Shown here piece by piece: positions 58,289 to 64,000 of a stretch of DNA of 64,000 bases. Positions within the stretch are counted from its first letter, which is position 1. The number at the start of each line of letters is the position of its first letter. The translations under genes were made by a program, and so were the position numbers. The notes beneath the pieces are model-generated. The model did not search any database. It was not told the origin of the DNA and saw only the letters and a program-made list of their open reading frames with translations. The stretch comes from an uncultured Spartobacteria bacterium (GTDB lineage: Bacteria > Verrucomicrobiota > Verrucomicrobiia > Chthoniobacterales > Chthoniobacteraceae), in assembly GCA_903933715.1 (NCBI GenBank), contig CAIZLD010000029.1, positions 16,696-80,695 on the forward strand, read 5' to 3'.

Positions 58289-59637
58289 TTTTTTTCGGTT
58301 TTCGCCATGGGGAAGCGCAGGATATTGACCCCGCTGGGTTGCAAATATTTGGTCGCGGCGCGCTGAATCGCTTCCGGCGTCACCGCTTCGTAACGTTCCC
58401 ACTCGTGGTTGATTTTGGAAGTGTCGCCGAACATCACATGGTAATGGGCCAGGTTTTCCGCGCGGCTCTGCATGGTGCCATAGGAAGAGGCGATCTCGCG
58501 CAACTTCAGGTTTTTGGCTTTTTGCAATTCCTCCGGGGTGACGCCCGAATCGCGGATTTTGGCGATTTCCTCGTCAATCAAACGGTCCAGCTTTTCCAAA
58601 GGGGTCGCCGGGTTCCCGATGGCAAAGACCCCCACCAATCCTCCTTTTTCCAGCAGGTAAGGAAAGACTTCGATCCCGGAGGCGGCTTGTTCTTTGCGAA
58701 CCAGCCGCTCGTAAAGGCGCGAGCTGCGGCCGGTTCCCAGAATATCGGCAAGCAACTCCACCGCCGGGGCGTCCTCGGCGGTTTCCGACGGAGCGCGCCA
58801 GGCATGGACGACCGCCGGGAGTGGCGTCGTGGGCGCAGTCACTGTTTGTTCAGCGGGCGCGGTCTGCGGCTTGAGCATAAAATGGGGCCGTTCGATCTCT
58901 TTGCCGCGCGGGATCGGCCCAAAATAATCGGCGATCAGCTTTTTGGCCGGTTCGATTTCAAAATCGCCCGCAATCACCAGGGTTGCATTATTCGGGACGT
59001 AGAAGTGATGATAGAAATCGCGAAATTCCTCGATCTTCGCCTGGTCAATATATTGGGCGGAACCGATGGGCGGCCATTGGTAAGGCGAGCCTTTAAAGGT
59101 CAGCTCGACGAGTTTTTCGAACAGCTTGCCATAAGGGGCATTGTCGGTTCCCCGGCGGCGCTCTTCCTTGACGACTTGCCGTTGGGTTTCCACACCCACT
59201 TTTTCCACCTTCCCATGCAGCATCCGTTCGCTTTCGATCCAAAGCGCCAGCCCGAGCTGATTGGCGGGGAGGTTGAAATGGTAATCGGTGCGGTCGAACG
59301 ACGTGGAAGCATTCAAGTTCCCCCCGGCAGCGGAGACCAGCTTGTCGATCTGGCCGCGCTGGATATTGGCGGTCCCCTCAAACATCAGGTGCTCGAAAAA
59401 ATGGGCAAACCCGGTCCGGTCGGGACGCTCGTTTTTACTGCCCACATGGTAAAGCAGGTAGGTGGAGACCAGCGGCGCGGTCTTGTTCTGATGCAGAATG
59501 ACGTGGAGCCCGTTGGGGAGATCGTATTCCACAAAATCGATGACCGGCATTTTCACGTCGGGTTGAGGAGGTTCGGCAGACGCGGCAAGCGAGGAAAAAA
59601 CCGCCGCGACCAGCAAAGCTAAAAATTTCATAGGCAC
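58285..59637 (-). CDS. M16-family zinc peptidase (pitrilysin/insulinase-like), catalytic subunit
   Basis: Signal peptide, an inverted zinc motif HFFEHLMFEG (HxxEH), and a downstream E in NASTSFDRTDY. Confidence 0.88.
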   Translation of the reverse strand: MPMKFLALLVAAVFSSLAASAEPPQPDVKMPVIDFVEYDLPNGLHVILHQNKTAPLVSTYLLYHVGSKNERPDRTGFAHFFEHLMFEGTANIQRGQIDKLVSAAGGNLNASTSFDRTDYHFNLPANQLGLALWIESERMLHGKVEKVGVETQRQVVKEERRRGTDNAPYGKLFEKLVELTFKGSPYQWPPIGSAQYIDQAKIEEFRDFYHHFYVPNNATLVIAGDFEIEPAKKLIADYFGPIPRGKEIERPHFMLKPQTAPAEQTVTAPTTPLPAVVHAWRAPSETAEDAPAVELLADILGTGRSSRLYERLVRKEQAASGIEVFPYLLEKGGLVGVFAIGNPATPLEKLDRLIDEEIAKIRDSGVTPEELQKAKNLKLREIASSYGTMQSRAENLAHYHVMFGDTSKINHEWERYEAVTPEAIQRAATKYLQPSGVNILRFPMAKTEKK

Positions 59638-59692
59638 GAGAGTAACAAATCAGACTCCGAATCGGAGTCGAGCGTTCAATTTCGCACAAAAA

Positions 59693-59723
59693 CTGTTCTT
59701 TGCGTCTTTGCGTCTTTGCGTGA
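59693..59723. repeat. GCAAAG-family unit (reverse orientation) just upstream of hemW
   Basis: CTGTTCTTTGCGTCTTTGCGTCTTTGCGTGA. Confidence 0.75.
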
Positions 59724-59738
59724 AACTTACCGCTCCGC

Positions 59739-60842
59739 ATGATGCCGCTTCGCCATCTTTACGTTCACATTCCGTTTTGCCTGAAGGTCTGCCCCTACTG
59801 CTCTTTTTACAAGGAACGGCTGGAGCCGACCCGGATGCGTCGGTTTCTGGACGCCCTGCTCCTGGAACTGGAGCGCGAATCAGGCAAACGGCTACTGCAA
59901 CCCCGAACTATCTTTTTCGGAGGCGGTACGCCAAGCGCGCTTTCCGCCTCGCAATTGGAATACCTGCTTACCGGCATCCGCGAGCGGCTGGATTTGAGCG
60001 CCCTGAGCGAATGGACGCTGGAGATGAACCCGGCGACGGTTTCAATGAGCAAAGCACGGCTCTTGCGCGCCTTGGGCGTGAACCGGATCAGCATGGGGGT
60101 GCAGTCATGGGACCCGGCATTGCTGAGCGTGCTCGGGCGGGTTCACACCGCGGCCCAAGCCGAGCGTTCGTATGAAATTTTGCGCGAAGCCGGGTTCGAC
60201 AATATCAACCTCGATCTGATGTTCGCGGTGCCGACCCAGACGCTTGCCCAATGGGAGGCGACTCTGGAGAAAACCATCGCGCTCGGGCCGGAACATATTT
60301 CCGCTTATTGCCTGACGTATGAGGAAGATACGGCATTTTTTGAGCGTTTCTCGTCCGGCCTATACGCTCAAAATAAGGACTGGGATGCCGACCTTTTCGA
60401 GGCGACGCTCGACCGGCTCGAAGCGGTCGGTTACGACGGATATGAGATTTCCAACCATGCCCGGCCGGGCCGCGAATGTTTTCACAACCTCGCCTATTGG
60501 GAAGGGGCGGATTATCTGGGGTTGGGGCCAAGCGCCTTTTCGACCTGCGGCGCCGAGCGTTGGCAGAATGTTGCTGACGTGCAGGCTTATACGTCTCGTA
60601 TTTTTGCCGGGGAATCGGCAATCGGGTTCCGGGAAGAGGTGGATGCTTCGACGCATCTTGCCGAACGGATTGCGTTCGGATTGCGCACGAACCGGGGCGT
60701 TGCGCTGGATTTGCTGGGGCCGTGGCAATCCGTGGTGGACGAATATTTGAGCGAGGGGTTCTTCACCCATGATGGCGCACGCATCCGGCTCACGCGAAAG
60801 GGCAAATTGGTCGCCGATACGCTGGCCGAAGCGTTTGTTTAG
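59739..60842 (+). CDS. hemW: Radical SAM heme chaperone HemW (HemN-like, oxygen-independent coproporphyrinogen oxidase family)
   Basis: LYVHIPFCLKVCPYCSFY (CxxxCxxC), FFGGGTPS, and an HNxxYW-like motif FHNLAYWEG. Confidence 0.9.
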   Translation: MMPLRHLYVHIPFCLKVCPYCSFYKERLEPTRMRRFLDALLLELERESGKRLLQPRTIFFGGGTPSALSASQLEYLLTGIRERLDLSALSEWTLEMNPATVSMSKARLLRALGVNRISMGVQSWDPALLSVLGRVHTAAQAERSYEILREAGFDNINLDLMFAVPTQTLAQWEATLEKTIALGPEHISAYCLTYEEDTAFFERFSSGLYAQNKDWDADLFEATLDRLEAVGYDGYEISNHARPGRECFHNLAYWEGADYLGLGPSAFSTCGAERWQNVADVQAYTSRIFAGESAIGFREEVDASTHLAERIAFGLRTNRGVALDLLGPWQSVVDEYLSEGFFTHDGARIRLTRKGKLVADTLAEAFV

Positions 60843-60863
60843 AAACTACGCGGATTTTTTTAG

Positions 60864-60899
60864 TCTCTCGCAAAAACGCAAAGGCGCAAAGAAGAGGAG
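60864..60899. repeat. GCAAAG-family unit (forward orientation) just downstream of hemW
   Basis: TCTCTCGCAAAAACGCAAAGGCGCAAAGAAGAGGAG. Confidence 0.75.
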
Positions 60900-60942
60900 T
60901 ACCTTGCTGGCTTTGCCTTTCCGCCCGCGTGGGGATACGTGA

Positions 60943-62019
60943 CTACCGTGCCCCGTCTGCGATCTCGCACAAATGCGCTACGGCCAGGTGGCCTGTCTGG
61001 TCGTAATATTTCGAGACGAGGGCGTCGGAGATGGATGCTGCTTTGTCCCGCTCGATAAGCGTAACAGTCGCCCCGCCAAAACCGCCGCCGGCCAGACGCG
61101 AGCCGAGGACGCCGGGCAAACCGCGGGCAATTTCCACCAATGTATCGAGTTCCGGCGTGCTGTTTTCGAAATGGCGGCGCGAACTTTCGTGGCTCGCAAA
61201 CATGAGCTGGCCGAAACCTTTGACGTTGCCGTTTTTAAGTAACCCGATCCCTTGCAGCACGCGCTCGTTTTCGCCGACGACGTGAAGCGCTCGCTTATAG
61301 GAAAGCTCTGGCAGGTTCGCTTTGCCTGCTTCCAACTGGGCGCTCGTGACATCGCGCAAGGCCTTGGCTCCGAGTCGCGCGGCGGCATCGAAGCATTGCA
61401 GGCGATGCTCGTTGTATTCCCCCCCGGAGAGCCGGTGCGGCGCTCCGCATTGCGTGATGAGTAGTTTCACACCATCCGGGAACGGGATGGTCTCCACCGT
61501 TTCAGCACGGCAGTCGAGGAAGATGGCATGTCCTTTTTTGCCAAATGCGGAAGAGGCTTGATCAAGCAAACCGCAGTTTACGCCCACAAATTCGTTCTCG
61601 GCACGGCGGCACATTTTGGCGATTTGCAACCGGTCCAGATTGAGGCCGAAAAGTTTCTGGAGCAGCATCGCCGTGGAAACTTCCAACGCCGCAGAACTCG
61701 ACAACCCGGCCCCGAGCGGGAGATCGCTTTGGATTTGCGCGGTGAATCCCCCCACGGGGAGGCCGTTTTTCTTAAAAACATCCAGCACGCCCAGCAAATA
61801 GTTCGCCCATTCGTTTTCTTTGCAGCGAACGAGCGCGGCGGAATCGATTTCCACGGCCTCACCCAGCGTGGAGGAGCGGAGGGAAACGCGTGAGGAATGG
61901 GTGAGTTCGCCGGTGAGAGTCACGCCCCTGTCGATTGCCGCAGAAAGGACCACGCCTTCGTTATAATCGGTATGGTTGCCAAGAAGCTCGACTCTACCGG
62001 GTGCGTAGGAAGTCTGCAT
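60943..62019 (-). CDS. galK: Galactokinase (GHMP kinase)
   Basis: APGRVELLGNHTDYNEG (galactokinase signature GRVNLIGEHTDY), a GHMP motif PLGAGLSSSAALEV, and GGGFGGATV. Confidence 0.9.
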   Translation of the reverse strand: MQTSYAPGRVELLGNHTDYNEGVVLSAAIDRGVTLTGELTHSSRVSLRSSTLGEAVEIDSAALVRCKENEWANYLLGVLDVFKKNGLPVGGFTAQIQSDLPLGAGLSSSAALEVSTAMLLQKLFGLNLDRLQIAKMCRRAENEFVGVNCGLLDQASSAFGKKGHAIFLDCRAETVETIPFPDGVKLLITQCGAPHRLSGGEYNEHRLQCFDAAARLGAKALRDVTSAQLEAGKANLPELSYKRALHVVGENERVLQGIGLLKNGNVKGFGQLMFASHESSRRHFENSTPELDTLVEIARGLPGVLGSRLAGGGFGGATVTLIERDKAASISDALVSKYYDQTGHLAVAHLCEIADGAR

Positions 62020-62112
62020 CGCGTTCTTTGTTATCCTGGGCGCCGTTCAGAATCAACGCTGGAGAGCATTGATTGCAAAATGGCGATTTGTTAATGCAAC
62101 GGTTTCCGGCGA

Positions 62113-64000
62113 TTATGGCGCTTTGCCTGCCTCCCCGTCGGCCCGCGCCCGTTCGGCGGCTTTTTGCAGGAGGTGCTGCAGCCGTTCGACACTTGGGGCG
62201 GCTGCGATTTTCCGGCCTTTGGCATCAGTCACATAGAAGCTGTCGATGGCGGCTCCTTTTTCTGTGGCGATGCGAGAGAGGGCAATATTAAGCCCGGCCT
62301 CGCTGAATCCGCTCAGGATATTGTGGAGCAACCCGAGCCGGTCGGGCGTCTGGATATCCACGAGCGTATAGATCGGGTGGGTGTCGTTGTCGATGACGAT
62401 GCGGGTCGGGAATTCCAGTTCCTGTGAGAGTTGATAGGGGCGGCGGTGCATCGCTTTACGCAGGGCGGGATGGAAATCGAATTTTTCGACCGCGAGCGCT
62501 TCAATGAGCGTGCTTTCCACAAGCTGGATGTCTTTCGCGTTGGTCACGGCCTGGAACTTCGTGTCGCATACCCTGAAAACATCAAAGACCAAGTGATCGC
62601 CCCGGGTGAAAATGTCGGCGCTCAAGATGTTCAAATGTGCAACCGCAAGCGACCCGGCGATCTTGGCCAGCAAATGACTGCGATCCCAGGTGCAAACCCA
62701 GAGCTCGCTGTGTCCCCGGTCGGGATGGGCAACCCAACGGATGGCAGGAGCGAGCACGGGGCCGCCGGTCATCTGCGCCTCGAAAAAGTCCCGAAAGAGC
62801 TGGATGTGGGCGGCAATCGAAGGCTCGTCGAAAGCGCTGAAATACCCGTCGGGCATGAAGTCAAAATGCGCCTCCACTTCTTCGGCGTAAGCGGTTCCGA
62901 GGCGCTTCAAGACGGCGACCTGAGTCCCTTTACGCTCCAGGGTGCGTTGCTCAAAGAACGCTTCCCCTTCGGCCAGGTATCGGCTCGTGCTGCGGTAGAG
63001 CTGCCATACGAGCGATTCCTTCCAATCCGACCAGGTCGTCGTATCCCCGACGCCCATGCCATCGGCCAGCGTTACGAGCATGAGCGCGTCAAGATTCGCC
63101 TGGGTCTGGACCGCTGCCGCGAATTCGCAAATCGTGGCGGAATCTTCCAGGTTGCGCCGCTGCGCGGTGCTGGAGAGGAGAATGTGCTGGTCTACCAAAA
63201 AGACGAGCATCTTGCGCGACTCGGAAGAAAGTTGCAGCCGGGCGGCGACCCGGGAAGCCGCCGTGGCGCTCGCCTCGGCATGATACTGGACGTTGGCGGC
63301 TTTGCCGACATCATGCAGCAGCAACGCCAGATAGATCAGGAACGGCGTCTCGTTCTTCATGAAGAGCTCCCGGTAGCCTTGGAGCCGCTCCTCCCGGGTG
63401 TCGATCAGATCATCCAGTTTTTCCATGCAGATGAGCGTGTGCTCATCGGCGGTGTAGCGATGAAAGAACTCGTGCTGGACGAGGCAGGTCATCGGTGCAA
63501 ATTCCGGGATGTAGCGCCCCAAAAAATCGCACTCGTGCATCATGCGGAGGATGCGGCCCACCTCGCCCTTCCGGCAGAGGATCGCGATGAACGTTTCGCG
63601 TGCCGCACGCGCATAACAGTAGGTGCGGTCAACCAACTGAAGGCGGCGGCGGATCAGGGTCAGCAATTCCGGTGCAAAAACCGCCCGGCGTTGTTGGGCG
63701 TGCTGGAAGGCGCGGATCATGCGGAAGGGGTCTTCCTTGAAAATCTCTCGAGTTTCGGGATAGAGCCGCCCTTCGAAAAGATAGAAGCCATCAAAGCATT
63801 CACGCTTTTTCTTGCGCCGCAGGAAGTCCAGAACGCTCCGGTGCTTGGGCACCTCCCCCGGCAGACAGAGTTTCCCTGCGGTGGCCTCGGTGATTTGGTA
63901 AATCGTGCGGGCGTGCTGGTAATAATCGCGCATGAACGCCTCGATCCGGCGCAACGCGTTTTTTTGCTCGTAACCGAGCTTGGTGGCCACGGGGAGCTGA
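62113..64000 (-). CDS. glnD: [Protein-PII] uridylyltransferase/uridylyl-removing enzyme, 5'-truncated by the window edge
   Basis: The frame remains open upstream of the tracked GTG at 63990 to the window end. HD domain (HRYTADEHTL ... LLHDVGK) and two C-terminal ACT domains (ELWVCTWDRSHLLAKIAGSL; YTLVDIQTPDRLGLLHNILSGF). Confidence 0.88.
   Translation of the reverse strand, partial: QLPVATKLGYEQKNALRRIEAFMRDYYQHARTIYQITEATAGKLCLPGEVPKHRSVLDFLRRKKKRECFDGFYLFEGRLYPETREIFKEDPFRMIRAFQHAQQRRAVFAPELLTLIRRRLQLVDRTYCYARAARETFIAILCRKGEVGRILRMMHECDFLGRYIPEFAPMTCLVQHEFFHRYTADEHTLICMEKLDDLIDTREERLQGYRELFMKNETPFLIYLALLLHDVGKAANVQYHAEASATAASRVAARLQLSSESRKMLVFLVDQHILLSSTAQRRNLEDSATICEFAAAVQTQANLDALMLVTLADGMGVGDTTTWSDWKESLVWQLYRSTSRYLAEGEAFFEQRTLERKGTQVAVLKRLGTAYAEEVEAHFDFMPDGYFSAFDEPSIAAHIQLFRDFFEAQMTGGPVLAPAIRWVAHPDRGHSELWVCTWDRSHLLAKIAGSLAVAHLNILSADIFTRGDHLVFDVFRVCDTKFQAVTNAKDIQLVESTLIEALAVEKFDFHPALRKAMHRRPYQLSQELEFPTRIVIDNDTHPIYTLVDIQTPDRLGLLHNILSGFSEAGLNIALSRIATEKGAAIDSFYVTDAKGRKIAAAPSVERLQHLLQKAAERARADGEAGKAP

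Noticed and set aside
62020-62112. Weak hairpin ATCAACGC...GCATTGAT between glnD and galK as a terminator
   Set aside because: The stem is short and interrupted, with no U-tract on the minus strand. Evidence is insufficient.

Overview
High-GC bacterial chromosomal segment with about 47 protein genes. I recognised no rRNA, tRNA, CRISPR array, transposase or integrase. The gene content (UBact plus 20S proteasome, hopanoid genes, a PEP-CTERM protein, DUF5069) and the intergenic hairpin repeats suggest a Verrucomicrobiota-like organism, but that is inference only.

Gene order, left to right:
- crcB, DUF190, dnaG and rpoD on the minus strand (rpoD runs off the left edge).
- About 1 kb with no credible ORF.
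- A TMEM14-like gene followed by a GH75-like lipoprotein gene.
- An acyltransferase gene, fcl and gmd (GDP-fucose synthesis), next to an XylR/AraC-type regulator.
- copA.
- An Opp/Dpp-type ABC importer with a binding protein and two permeases but no ATPase genes.
- hisA and larC.
- yihY.
- An operon encoding a UBact-like tag, prcB and prcA.
- A divergent five-gene operon of unknown function: LysM, GYF_2, two secreted proteins and an ACT protein.
- An 11-kb co-directional string: hpnH, shc, a Cache-HAMP-PAS-LOV histidine kinase, a REC-PAS-PP2C regulator, a hybrid kinase, thrB and lpxK.
- A PEP-CTERM protein, ychF, DUF5069 and a GT-C-like membrane protein.
- gyrB and gyrA.
- A SulP/STAS permease and a DUF1648 protein.
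- A SWIM-SNF2 helicase, fabD and a sugar nucleotidyltransferase.
- A pair of M16 peptidases, hemW, galK and glnD (glnD runs off the right edge).

Most interesting observations:
1. A Pup-like UBact gene ending in RTGQ sits directly upstream of the proteasome beta and alpha genes, with no ligase or ATPase gene in the window.
2. A membrane sensor kinase carries an intact LOV blue-light motif (GRNCRILQG). It is start/stop-coupled to squalene-hopene cyclase and is followed by a PP2C response regulator and a kinase with a degenerate receiver domain.
3. A hairpin-dense region of about 1 kb has no credible ORF and ends in a plus-strand intrinsic terminator.
4. Three families of intergenic palindromic repeats are present.

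Coordinates of trimmed starts come from ORF-track arithmetic checked against the printed sequence. No database search was possible, so every family assignment rests on motifs I recognised by eye.
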